Source: the human T2T-CHM13v2.0 reference genome, Homo sapiens. Taken from it: a stretch of 64,000 nt of DNA. The notes under the pieces were generated by a model. The model was not told where the DNA came from and did no database searches. It saw only the letters and a list, made by a program, of their open reading frames with translations. The stretch's first letter is position 1, and the number at the start of each line of letters is the position of its first letter. The translations under genes and the position numbers were made by a program. Shown here piece by piece: positions 30,613 through 43,493 of this stretch. The stretch lies in assembly GCF_009914755.1 (NCBI RefSeq), contig NC_060933.1. One strand, written 5' to 3'.

Positions 30613-33600
30613 CTCCTCCTCTGGTGCTGAAGCTTCTCTCCTTAGTCTTCATAATCATAAATTGGCCAGAGAGACGATAAGTGCTGCCTAGCAACTCCTC
30701 CCAGGGCAGACGGGCTGCCTGCTGGTCAGTGCTCTTGGTTGAGCATGGCCTGTGCCAAGCACTGTCCTGGTGCTTTGCGTGCATGGATGTACCAAATCCT
30801 CAGCACTCCTGCACAACAGCCATTCATAGTGTCCCCGTTTTATACATGTGGAAAACAAGGCTCAGAGAGGTAAAGTGACTTACTTGCTCCACACTCTGGT
30901 ATGGACAGAGCTGAGCCACACCCAACAGCCTCCTGACCACTGAGCCACCTCTTCATCACTGCTCCACAGCTTGGCCAGATACGGGGACTGTCCCATATTG
31001 GTCAGTCAGTCTGTCTGCCTGTGAAACCCAAGATGGGGGTTGGTGGGGGAGTGGCGATATGCCAGCCCTCAGAGGCTCTCTCTTTCCCCTCCCCGGCCAT
31101 CTGGGTTGCTCAGGCAAATGGGCCAATAGCTTTCACCCTGGGAGCCACCCCGGCAGTGGGGAGGAGAACTGGACAGGCACAAGGGCAGACTCTAGAACTC
31201 TCAGCATCAGTCAGGGGACTCCTGGGGACACCCTGAGGGAGATAGCTTACAGGCAGGCCAGCACCTCCCCTGGCCTCAGGCCAATGAGAAGACATCAAAT
31301 GGCAAACAGAGGCACAGATCCTGAATAGCAGCTAGACCTGGACCTGTTGTTCATTGATTGATTCATTCTTTCACTCGCTTATTCCTTCATTCACTCACTT
31401 ATTCATTCAGTAGCTGTTAAGCAGCTGCTCCCTGCCAGACACCACACGAGTTACTGAAGGTGTAGCAGATATAGTTCCTGCTAAGTACTCATGACTGAGA
31501 TTAGAGCTTCTAGGAAGGAGGGTGGTGAGAAAGAATTCCTTGTCCCAGGGAGATGATGCTGTTTGCAATGCTGTCATGATCACTGTAGGCCACAGCATTT
31601 CATAGCATTTAGATCACTATCCATCTGAATGTCTAGAATAGGTGATTTTGGGATCTCTTCCAAGCACTGGTCTCATGGCTGGCGCAGATGCCCGGCTCTG
31701 CCTCCAGCAGTCTTGAAACATCCCTGCAGGGAGGATGTCCTGTTTCTCATCCTCTGAGGATGGCTTTTGGCCCAGCCCCACCTTGCTGAGGGGAGCAGGG
31801 GGCCACCTGCTTTGGAGGATGCCAGTGGGCCTGCGATGTCTCCCCCAGTCAAGACCCAGGCCCCGTGCAGTCCTGATGAGCAGATGCCAGTTGCCCCTTG
31901 GCCACCGGCCTCCATCTCCATCCTGCACTGCTTCTTACATTCCCTGAAATAATCCACACTCGCAAAAGCAAAGGAGCATTCTGGACCTTCCTGGAGAGTC
32001 CACAGGAGAGTCGGAGGGGAAGATTGACCTCTTGCAGCTTGAAAATCTTCATTGCCTGTGGCTCTCTTCTTTCAGTTACTCACCTTCATGCTCTTTCCTG
32101 GGTCTTCTCTATTCCTGACCTTCATGGGCCCGATGCTTAGCTCCTCCAGGTCCTCCCTCCACTCCCAGCTCTCACCCAGGCCAAATCCTCCTACTCTAAT
32201 GGGGAGCAGACTCCCTCTCCCTCAGAAGACTGAGTGTCAGCCTGCCTGGGCCCAGAGGCCAGCACCTGCCCTGAAAGAGCTTCCCCTCCTCGGAGACCCC
32301 ACGAGCTGTTCCCTGCAGATGCCGTAAGAACACAGCTTTCTCTGCAGGCCGCACCGCTCGAGCAGACAGAGGCCGTGGAGCCAGAGCCAAGGGTGCAGGG
32401 GAGGCCTGGGCCACGCAGAGAAGTGAGGTGTGAGAGAGGAGAGGGGGAGGCTTGGCCGTGGTGGGGGAGACAGCATTTCGCCCCACAGCTCTGAAGCGCA
32501 GGGGCCACACTCTTCTATTGAAGATTGCCACCAGCCCCCTGCCCCTCAACCCTGGTAATAAGCCTGCCCAGGCTAGGAAGAGAAATAGAGCCAGATGCCA
32601 AGACGAAAGCCAGGAAGACCCCAGGCCAGTTCCTCCACACCACACACACCTCTGGTGGGTTGAGGGCACACCTTCATCACTAAGAATGCCACTGTCAGCA
32701 GGCAGGCAGGAGTTTCTATTGTCTGGCCAGGGGTGAGACTCTGCATGCCCGTCTGGTGAATTTGCCTTCCCTGAGTTTATGCACATAGATGTCTCCTCTT
32801 TGGGTAGTAGCCAGAGTTCAGGCTGCAGATGCCCAGTAGGTCCCCATAGTGTTCGGCCATAAAGAGCTTCCACACGGGAGCTGGAGCCCACTGAGGCCTG
32901 CGGAGCTGCTGTACTGCCCTCGGTGGGAATGGGTCTGTTCCTACTGGACTGTGGAACAAGGGTGCAGAGAGCAAAGGGGACCCTCTTCTGCTCTTCATCC
33001 TCCTGTCTCCTCACCCATGTCAGCCTTGGCAAGGACACAGGGCCTGTGGGGTCGGGGAGGGGCAGTGAGATGCAGGGAGGTGTTTGTTAGTCACTTCTGA
33101 GCCCCCAGGCTGCCTTAAAGACCCTCCCCTACCCTTGGGGCCCAGAATGAGGACAGGGTGGTGATCCTGGGCCAGGGCCCTCAGGAACCAGAGAGCTATG
33201 GGCAGGGGTGGGCCTGCTCTTCTCTGTGACTCCACCTAGTGTCCCTGGTCAGCAGTCTTCCTCACCTCATGCCGGGGAGAGTAGGGGCGAGGAGAGAAGG
33301 GGGGCCCCCAGCACACTCTGCTCTCCCAGGGAGGTGGGGAGGCGGCCGCAGGGCAGCGGCCGCAGGGCATTCAGTTACCTGGAGAGGAGGGCTGTGGGCT
33401 TGTCAGGATGATCTCCAACCAACCTCGGGCCCCTTGGAAACCAACAGGGAAGGGAGCGTTTAGTCAGGAGCAGCAGTAATGGATAACAGATGCCTTTTTC
33501 TGCCTGATTTGGAAAGCAAGTGTTGGCACTAAGATGAAAACAAGAATATCAGCCTACGAGTTAAAGGATTTTAAATGAGGTGTTTTTAAAAAGATGAACA

Positions 33601-34249
33601 AAGTGGATTGTAGCGGCGATCATGTATGTATATATGAAAATAGAGTCTCACTCATCCTGAGTATTTCTGGTCTCCAGGTTTATTGAGTGAGTTTATTTTC
33701 CCTGTATTCTTCAGATTTTCCACAGTGTGTAAATGTTTCTTTTCTACCCAGAAAAACAATTAACATTTAACTGTATAAAAGAAAACATAATCAGAAATGA
33801 TTACTGATCAGTTTTTAACAATTGAAGTATGAAAGTGCCACAAAGTTGATTACGAAACCCTTGGCCACCATCTCCCCTGGTCGGAATCACCTGTCTCTGT
33901 GGAAGGGCCTTCTCGTGTGAGGCACAGGCTGTAATACAGGTAGTGGGAAGCGTAGGGGATGGGGGGGTCCTTGGAAGGCCCAGGGTGAGAGGAGGCCCCT
34001 GTAGTGGGTGAGGGAAGTGAGGCTGGGGCAGGGTTGGGGGGCACAGTGCACAACCCTCTCTGAAGCAAAGCCCATTCCTCTTCCTGCTCTGGGGGAGGTG
34101 AGGGAATGGGTCAGAGCTCAGAGTCTTAAATAAGTCCTGTCAGGGAAGCAGTTGTGCAGGATGCAGTGGGAGGATCCAACAGGGCGACCTGCATGAGGCA
34201 CCAGGCTCAGAGGTGGCTTCTGGAGGAGGGGATGGTTAAGCAGCAGCCC

Positions 34250-34384
34250 AGGACATTTAGTGAAGAGGACCCTAGAGAGCCCTCGAGGCAGGACCTGGGA
34301 CCTGAAGAGGCTGTGGCCTGTGAATCATGCACCAGGCTGGGACAGATGGCCCAGGGCTTGGTGTCTGTTAGAGTCTCATACAGG
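34250..34384. repeat. Inverted duplication 2, left arm (partner 35618-35750)
   Basis: Manual reverse-complement alignment: ~135 bp, about 20 differences. Confidence 0.92.
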
Positions 34385-34605
34385 CTGGGCCCCATGGCAG
34401 GTCCTCTTCTCTGGAGTTCTCCGTTGACCTCCACAGTGAAAGGCACAGCCAGCCATGCGGGGGGACCTGAAGTTAGGACCACTGATCCTCCCAGGTCCTT
34501 GGGCAGCTCTCAGTACCTCTGAGCCTCCATTCCTCAGCCCTGTGATGAGGCTAGGCACAGTGAAGATCTAACACATAGGTGGAGCTACCACATCTGAGGA
34601 ACTGA

Positions 34606-34863
<258 letters not shown>

Positions 34864-35617
34864 TGAGTTGGAGACTTTTATGAATTTCCCTCAATAGGTA
34901 CTACTTACCACCAAGAAAGCAACCCAGGGGTCTAAGGCTGGGTAGGGGGAAGAAAAGTTTCCTCAAATGCAGTTCAGTCATCATGGGAGGGATGGACTGG
35001 AGTGATGGCAAATTTCTACCAGCACCTGCTGGCCTCCAGGATGACACTGGACTGTGGGAGGGCCCCTCTAAGAGGTCGCTGCAGACAGTTGCCCCTCAGA
35101 GTGCTGTGGGGTGGTGCTGTAGGGCGTTCAGGGAGTTGGGTGATGCAGTTTCTGCCCATGTGAGGTTTACCTGTTCGTTTTAGCTGGTGGGATCATCCGA
35201 CATCCTTAGGGAGGCACCAGGGAAATGCAGTCATGGTGACAGAGCACCAAGTCTCCTGCCCCAAAAACTGAGTTTTAAAAGACACTTGTTTCCTTCCTTG
35301 AGAAGATCAGAGGACCCTGGTAGATGCCCAGGTCTGCCAGGTCCCAAGGATGCCTCTCAAGCCCCAAACTCTGCAGTATTTTGGGAGAGGCAGGCCAGGC
35401 TCTGGAGGCGATCCCGCAGGTGATAGGTCCCCTTGGCTGCAGCAGACATGCCAGTGGCCATTCTCAGGGTGACTACCGCAGAGGACCTCACTGTCCCCCA
35501 CACCTGTGGCTGAGGCCAGGATCCCAGGCTCTCATTCTTCCCCTGAGTCTGGTGTCCTCGGGTTCATTCTGCTGCCTGGTGCCTGGCTTCAGTGCTCTGG
35601 ACAGTTGGCCTATCTCT

Positions 35618-35750
35618 CCTGCATGAGACTCAGAGACACTGAGCCCTGGGCCATCTGTCCCAGCTTGGTGCATGACTCAGAGCCTGCAGCCTCTTCAGGT
35701 CCCAGGCCCCCCGTCGAGGGATCACTAGGGTTCTCTTCACCAAATGTCCT
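35618..35750. repeat. Inverted duplication 2, right arm
   Basis: Reverse complement of 34250-34384. Confidence 0.92.
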
Positions 35751-36716
35751 CTGGGTGGCAGCCCAGTTAGAAAATTTGCCAGCTTCTGATTTGGGTTTCC
35801 CTCCGATATGTGATCTCTTGCCTTACTCCCTTAGCTCCAAACACTAAAGTCTGGCAGTTGAGGCTCCAGCCAGCAGACTGAGAGAAGTCTGCAGAGAGAA
35901 GAGTGCACAAAGAACCCCTGGCCTCTAGGTGCCAGGGCTTTTTGCTTGACTCTGTTTTCGAGCCCTGCCAGGCAGCTGTTGCTGCTTCATGGGTAGCTGG
36001 GAAATCTCTGCCCACAGCTTCTCTGTCCAATATCTACAATTCCTCCAGAGTCAGCACCTAGAAAGCGGGCAGGACGCTCCTTCCATCTTGTGTCCATCCT
36101 TCTCTGTGCATATCTGCTTTACCCCTCCCCACTCTCTCTCAGACAAGATTTCTGAACTTCTCAGTGCACAGAGGGGAAGATGGATGATGCCTCATGGCAA
36201 CTTGGGATGCCTCCCAGGTTTACATGTGATAGTTTCGCCCAGCCACTGAGCCTCACTTTCAGCCTCTCAGATCTGGTTCCTAATCACCAGGAGAGAAGAT
36301 CTGGCATACCTGGCTTGGATCACTGGTGTTGCCCTGTCCACTTAGCTGTCAGAAGGATGGGGACATACAGTACAAATGTGGTTCCTAGGGACCCACTTAG
36401 TGAATCAGGGACATTGCCCAGAGAAGAGTGGGTGGCCCATAGAAAGCAAATGTCCTTCAAAAATTGCTGCTAGAAGGGACAACCCAGGGCCCAGCAGAAT
36501 TCAGGGTAGCAGCTTCCTGCCTGAAGATGAGAGTGAAGCATCAGAAAGTGGCCAGCATAGGCCATGGCCTAATTGGATGGCTTCCCATCCAGGGTGCGCA
36601 GGCGCAGGTGGACACTGCTGATCAGTAGCATCACCTGGGCCCTTCCACATGTGCACTCCTACCCAGGCTCTGTGGACTTGAGGCTGGGGCTCTGTGTACA
36701 GAAGATTAGGGAAAGT

Positions 36717-37094
36717 ATATTAGTCTGTTCTCACGCTGCTAATGAAGACATACCCGAGACTAGGTAATTTATAAAGGAAAGAGGTTTAATTGACTCACAG
36801 TTCAGCATGGCTGGAGAGGCCTCAGGAAACTTACAGTCATGGTGGAAGGCGAAGCAAACATGTTCTTCTTCATATGGTGGTAGCAAGGAGAAGTGCTGAG
36901 CAAAAGGGGGAAGAGCCCCTTAGAAAACCATCAGATCTTGTGAGAACTCACTCACTATCATGAGAACAGCAGCATGGGGGTAACCACCCCCATGATTCAG
37001 TTACCTCGCACTGGGTCCCTCCCATGACACGTGGAGATTATGGGAACTACAATTCAAGATGAGATTTGGGTGGGGACACAGCCAAACCATATCA
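36717..37094 (-). mobile_element. THE1 (THE1C/D-like) solo LTR
   Basis: TATTAGTCTGTTCTCACGCTGCTAAT...GGGGACACAGCCAAACCATATCA. Confidence 0.9.
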
Positions 37095-37529
37095 GGGAGG
37101 GATCCTACTTCTACTAAGACCAAGATTACCAAGGCCTCAACATAATTATTTTCTGGGGAGGTTGCTCTCCAACCTCCTAGCCCAGAAACAGGGACTTAGG
37201 GCTTTATGAAATGTAAGCCCCAGGATACCTACAACCTAATGTGTACCTAGAAAATGATGGAGTGAAGATGGCCTTTCAGACCTGCTTGACTAGTCTGAAT
37301 TCTCATGATGCTGTTGGCTCAGGAAGTGCCCTGGCCACTTCCACCTCAATAGCACCACCTACTCTGCCTCTTCCCAGTGTCGTGATCTTGGGCAAGTGAC
37401 TCTACGTCTCCAAGCATCAGGTTCTTTATCTATAAGGTGGGGATAATAATAGTGCCTACCTCACAGTGTTATATGAATAAATGAGATGCTGAGCGAATCC
37501 TGCTTAGCACATTGCCTGGCACCCATTGT

Positions 37530-37684
37530 CTCATCACCACCACCACCGTTACCACCATCACCATCCTCATTTCATCCTCCCACTTTTACTGTCACCACCA
37601 CCACCACCATCATCGTTATCCCATCATCTCATTGTCCCATCATTATCATCATCCCATGACCCCATCCTCCTGCTCATCATCACC
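37530..37684. repeat. (CAC/CAT)n low-complexity tract following a MIR fragment
   Basis: Read directly. Confidence 0.8.
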
Positions 37685-40600
37685 TTGTACACCCCTTGGG
37701 ACTGAAGTGTTCTACTTTGTTGCCAGTCGATGTCTTCCCCAGACCCAGGTTCCCACAAGCTCCTGGTCTGGGCAAGCCTCAATTGCCTGTTGCAGTCCTC
37801 CTTCTGACTCCACCTAAGATCCCTGAGAGGGATCTTAGTCAAACGGCCTTCCTAGGACACTGTGTTCAGCCACAGGTTCTCAGAATGACACTGGGAAAGG
37901 TGTCTGTGGTTCTGGGCTATGAGCCCCTATGTCAGTTACCAAAAAACAAACAAACAAACAAACAAAAACTATGATTTCTGGGGTTCCTCTGATACCACCA
38001 CCCAATCATTTTGCATTTTCTGGCCCTGAACATTCAAATAACAAATTTTCTCAAAGCAGGGACATTTCCAGACACTTTCGGTTGTCTGGTTCCAGTGGCT
38101 GAAGATCCTAGCTCCTCTATGCTGATGCTGGCCTGCCAGGCAGCCAGAGTTGCCCTGCCCAGCACGGTCCTCCTCCAGCTCTGGAGGACTCACCTGGAGG
38201 GAAGGCTGGCCACTTCCACCCTAACTCTGTGTTCCTAAAGGCTGGCCTGGAGAAAGGTCACACTGGTGCCGCCCTTCAAGGCCTGGGGTCGCTCCCCGTG
38301 GCTCCAGAGAGAGCAGGCTCTGACTTCCATAGCCTGGAGCAGCCACCCCGGCACAGGCCCTCCACCCGCACCAGAAAATGAGCCTCCCTTTGTGAACACT
38401 TGAGTCTCTATCTCTAATGACAGGCCAGCAGGGTGGGACAAGTGGCTTCACCTCCTTGAGCCTCAGTTTCCTCATCTAAAACTGTGAGAACCGGGCCCCT
38501 CTCACAGAGCTGGGCATGCTCTTGTGTGAAAGCATGTAGTTGGCACGTGGCGTGCAGTTGAGTAGAGGCAGCTGCTCTTCAGTGCCAGGCAGCAACTGCC
38601 AGGAGACTGCTCCACTGGGGCCACCAAGGGACCAGGAGACCTGGAGGTGGCCCTATTCTGGGAGATCCCCAAGCCTAAGAATCTTGTGGTCATTCGGTCT
38701 CAGACACTGACAAATCCCAGGCAGCGTGAGTGCAGGTGGGGACCCACAAGTAGAGGTGCCTCTGAGAGGATAATGCCAGAAAGGGCCCCCACAGTGGGTC
38801 CAGTCCCAATGACAGACCCCACCATGTTTATGCTGCCGCCTCTCCCTTATCCTGAAAGGCTTTATCTCACAGTGTGGTGAGGAACTTGGGCTGCAGAGTC
38901 AGACAGTCCTGGGTTCAAGTCCTAGCTTACAAGGCTCATGCCTTGGTCAAGCAGATTCACATCACTGAGCCTCAGTTTCCTCATTGTGGGGACGGTAAGG
39001 GTGCTTTACACAAAGCTTCGGTGGCAGCGCGAGTGCACTCGATGAAGTTGCAGGAGCATCAGAGCATGTGAGCACTCACTACCTAGTGACTGCTTGATCT
39101 GTCAAGAGCCCACCCAGAGACCCCTGGTGTCCCTGTGCTCCCCGCCAGTCCACTCCTCACTCCTTGAGGGAGGACATGAGGAAAGGCTGCTTACGAGGCT
39201 AGCCTGCTTGGAAGATGCTCGTTTCAAGCTCTCCATCAACAGATGTCAGTTCCTTCAAACATCTGTGAAATACAAAGCCACGCACTGTCTCACGCAAAGG
39301 GAGAGAATGATGGGAAGAAGGTAGCCACGCTGGCCACCATGCCCTGTCTCAGGTACTGTGGGAATTCCGGACAGTCCACTGGCATCACATTCTCCTCAGG
39401 TAGCGGGGAAAAAGACTCACGAGAAGAAAAGTGGCAAAGGGGCCAGAGGGCCCTGCTCTGGGAAGGGGGACTCCATCCTCAACTCCCAACAGTCAGCAGC
39501 TCAGAGCTGGAATCCAGCCCAGGTGAGGAGGAAACATCCCTGGATAGCAGACAAAGCCACAAAGGATCTCACTGCAAGAAAGTCCATTGTCAGACCCTGC
39601 TCAGAAGAAATCCCCGGTGATTCTCAGAAGAAAGCCCCGGGGCTGGAAGAAGAGCAGCCCCGGAGGTAGCCGTGGCCAGTTCCCCTGAGCAGTGCTGCTT
39701 CTGCATGGGCTAGCGACCTGGCCGTGCTAGTGCACTCACTTGCGAGGTGCCCAGCATGTGGTGCCGGTAACAGTGAAGTTGGTGACTGTTTGACTTGTCC
39801 AAAATGAGAGAATCATGGTTATCTGCATGAGTCATGTTCACTTGCTGCACTCCACCCCTCTTTCTGAGAGGGAGGTGGCCATTGGGCCAGTGGCCTGGGA
39901 GTTGAGCACACCAGGGCCTCTCTTGTCTGTGCTACAGCTCAGTATGGGTGGTGGTGGGGTCAGCCTATTACCACCCTGACACCCGTTAGGTTAGAGGACT
40001 GGGGGTCCAAGCACATGCTATGGTATACCATCACCCAGAGAGGAGGAGCCGATGGGCAGGAGGCTCGGGGGCCTGGAGCAGCCGTCCCAGCTAACCATCA
40101 GACTCCCACCAGCCCTGAAATTGGGCCCCTGGACAGTGGACCCGAGATGGCCATCAAGAAGAGCTCCTTCCTGGGAGGAGGACAAAGGCCCCTGGGCAGG
40201 TACGATGTACCTGCTGCAATGTGTGAGGGCGGCCCCACACTACCCACAGGTACTGATGTCACAGAGCAACGGCTGACCATGGAGGACTGAGGGGATCTTA
40301 CAAAGGAACTCTGGGCCTCATCTGACTTTATTAAGTTGATTACATTGTTGTCTGGCCAACGGGCAAGAAGAGCTGTGGTCAGAGAATAGGCCATGCCTCA
40401 AGGGTGGGGAGAAGGTTGGAACATCAAGTGGATACGGGAAGTGAGTCTTCTAAGACAGAGAGGCTAAAGGAGAAAGAGGGTGCCTCCCCGCGAAGAGGCT
40501 GAACAGGAAGCTGCACGTTGCCCTGGAAAGGCTCACTGCTGGGGAGTGCATGTGAGAGGAAAGCCAGAGGGCCGCCCACGGAGCAAGCTTGGAGCATGGA

Positions 40601-41138
40601 CTCTTGGATGCTGCAGCAGGTCACAGAGCGAGTTTGCAGGGGCCTGGCTGGAGCCGCAGAGGAGACTGTCCAGTCGAGAGCAAACAGAAGGCTCCGGTTG
40701 TGTCCTGGTGAATGACCCCCAGGCCCAACATGCAAGGTTGCCCACAATTCTGTGTGCACTTTTCACGTGGACTTGCCGTGGACTATCTGGGCTGTACAGT
40801 GTTTGCTATGAAACATCTCAGCCCCATGCTGAGGCAAGTGGGCGTGCCTGGATTTTAATCATGCTCTTGACACTGGAAAAAGGGTGAACACTCAATAAAA
40901 AGTTGAAAGAATTACGCGGAGACTTGGAGACTCTGAGGGGTGCTGTGTTTACTGGCCTGGCAGCTCCAGGTGTGCTTGTAGTGTGGCCGAGGAGGCTGGG
41001 GAGGAGTTGGGGAGGGAGGGAGGTTGCTCTGCGGGACTTCCTGAGCTAATTGACTATGTTGTCGGGGTGCTCTTGCCTCCTTCAGGAGCATCTGGTCTTT
41101 CAAAGCTGTTGCTAAAATTTAACCCTTTTCCTCTGAAG

Positions 41139-41222
41139 CAGGGGACGTCTCTATGCCACCCTGGGGCCCAACTGGCGGGTTCCAGTTAGGAATTCTCCCA
41201 GAACCCGGAGCTGTGTCTACAG
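41139..41222 (+). CDS. RALGPS1: RALGPS1 alternative 84-nt cassette exon RGRLYATLGPNWRVPVRNSPRTRSCVY(S)
   Basis: ccttttcctctgaag|CAGG...TACAG|gtattc; symmetric phase 2, no stops; peptide recalled from RalGPS1 variants and similar to RALGPS2 NRLYHSLGP. Confidence 0.85.
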
Positions 41223-41224
41223 GT

Positions 41225-42060
41225 ATTCATGTGTTCATGTGTTCATTTGTTTGACACATAGCTTGTTATGTGGCCTTTTGGATGCCAAGCACTGTGCTAG
41301 AGGCTGCCGAAAGAAACAGACACAGCCTTTGCCTACATGAGTCTACTGCCAGGTGCACTGGCTGTCCCAGAGGAGGTGAGGGGCACTCAGGAAGAGGAGG
41401 GGGAGCTTACTTGGTTCGGGAGATCAGGGAAGGCCTCCCTGAAGAAGAGACTGGAAGAATGATAGGAATTCGCCAAATAATTGGAAGTGGAGGGGCAATG
41501 AGAATGTTCCCAGCAAAGGGACAGCATGGGCTATGAGGCAGGAAGAGCTGGGTGATTCGAGTGAAGGGAAGGGAGTGTTGGAAGGAATGAGAGAGGGCAG
41601 GGACATGAGATGAGCTGGAGCCACATCCAGCATGCATCATCCAGCAGGGGTGAGAATGGTGGCTCAGATCTTAAAAGCGACAGGAAGCCATGAAAGGGGC
41701 TTGCTGTGGGCAGGTGGAGGAGAGGAGAGGGGGAGGGTGGAGGCACTGGCCGGTGTGGACCCAGGAAGGCCCGTGGAGCGCACTGGGCAGTGGCTCGAAG
41801 GAAGGTCCAGTGGCCTGAGGTGTAGTGGGATGGCGAAGATGGATGGTCAGACATATTTAGTGCCTGATCCCCAGTGCATCCTTGGGATTGATTAGGTTGC
41901 AGGGGCATCCGAGAGGAAGAAAATCCCCGCTTTCTGGCTGAAGCAGCCAGTAGGGGGTGGTGCCATTCCTGAGGCACCGGCAGATCCGGAGCTCAGGAGG
42001 GAGGTGTGGGCTGCCATGCCCTTGGACGCCTTCATCTGTAGGTGGTGCTTGAGTCCCCAA
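41225..42060 (-). mobile_element. L2 3' fragment
   Basis: TTCAT-repeat tail, GCCAAGCACTGTGCTAG, GGGAAGGCCTCCCTGAAGAAG motifs. Confidence 0.65.
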
Positions 42061-42574
42061 GGGAGAGGGTGAGTGAAGAGCCCGGGAAAGATGTGGGGAA
42101 TGGTGCGTGTGGGCTCGCGTCCCTCCTGTCCCTCCACACCACCTCTTCCCTTCCTCGCTGCTCTCTGAGGCTCCTGCCAACACCAGAAGGAGGGGCTGCT
42201 GGAGCTGGGGCTTCACAGGCACCAGCTCCTCAGGTGTGGAGGAGCCCACGCCAGCCCCAGGGAGCGGCCAGGCTGTAGCCGTGACAAAAGCATCCCTTAG
42301 GGTGGGGGTGCTGATCAGGGCCTGGGTTATGAGGAACTTGGTCACCAAGCCTGGAGCTTTGCAGCCCCAGAGACAGGTGTGGGAGTCCTTGGCGGTGGGC
42401 CCTTCATGTGCGTTATCACCTGGCCCTCCCCTCCGGGCCTTGCTCTGCGCCGTTAAGTCTGGACTGCTGGGATGTCATGGACTTGGTAGTGGGGCACCTG
42501 TGGTCCCCAGTGAGTGAGAGGGTGCTTGACCTCAGCTCCTCCAGGGCGATGTCTGACTGGTAGTCTCTCCTCAG

Positions 42575-42680
42575 CCCCACCGGCCCGTGCATCTGTTCTC
42601 TGGGGAACTCCGCAGCTGTGCCCACCATGGAGGGGCCTCTGAGAAGAAAAACCCTGCTCAAGGAAGGGCGGAAGCCTGCG
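42575..42680 (+). CDS. RALGPS1: RALGPS1 exon [35 protein letters not shown] (start of PH domain)
   Basis: ctctcctcag|C...GCG|gtaagt; phase 2 to 0. Confidence 0.97.
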
Positions 42681-43070
42681 GTAAGTACAGACCCACATCC
42701 ACCGGGGCAGCAGGGGCTTCCACATCTGTAAATAGTGCCCACTCCTAGAGGTCTCAGCAAAAGTCACATGCATGGCAGAGGCTCTGCTTGCAGTGGGCAT
42801 GCAGCGAGCTGAACTCTCAGGAATTATACCTGACACTGCCGTAAAATGAACAAAGGGAAGGCTCCTTGAGTAAAGGAGCAAGAGACGGGAGGGAAGACGC
42901 CTCCTGTCTTGGTCCTAGGTGGAAGTTGGCATTGCCAGGGGGTGGTGGAGGGCCAGGGAAGAGATGGGGCCTGCACTGGCATTGATGGGATGGCTGGGTC
43001 TGTAATCGGCCAGGGATCCTCTACCCCCACGACCCCTGGTGGCATCACTCAGCCTCCCCTTCCTCTGTAG

Positions 43071-43163
43071 CTGTCCTCGTGGACCAGGTACTGGGTCATA
43101 CTCTCAGGATCCACCCTCCTGTACTACGGAGCCAAGTCCTTGCGGGGCACAGACAGAAAACAC
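43071..43163 (+). CDS. RALGPS1: RALGPS1 exon [31 protein letters not shown] (PH domain)
   Basis: cttcctctgtag|CTG...CAC|gtaagt. Confidence 0.97.
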
Positions 43164-43387
43164 GTAAGTCCCTTGAAAGGACTCTAGTGCTGGGACTTCC
43201 TCTAGTGGGGAAGGGACCTCTGTGAACTGTGGAGGATGGGGGTGGGAAAGGGATCTGTGTGAACTGCGGAGGATGCAGGTGGGAAGGCGGCAGGGGAGGG
43301 AGGAAGCCTTGCCTGGCCCACGTCGGCCTCCCTTGTGGAGTGGAGGGCTGGGCCCCGGTCTCCGGATGTGTTGTTGCTCTCCTCCAG

Positions 43388-43493
43388 TATAAATCCACAC
43401 CTGGCAAAAAGGTTTCCATCGTGGGCTGGATGGTGCAGCTGCCCGATGACCCCGAGCACCCAGATATCTTCCAGCTGAACAACCCTGACAAAG
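43388..43493 (+). CDS. RALGPS1: RALGPS1 exon [35 protein letters not shown] (PH domain)
   Basis: ctctcctccag|TAT...AAAG|gtaggc. Confidence 0.97.

Noticed and set aside
32196-33038. 280-aa antisense ORF
   Set aside because: No domain similarity recognised, non-ATG start, GC-rich intron
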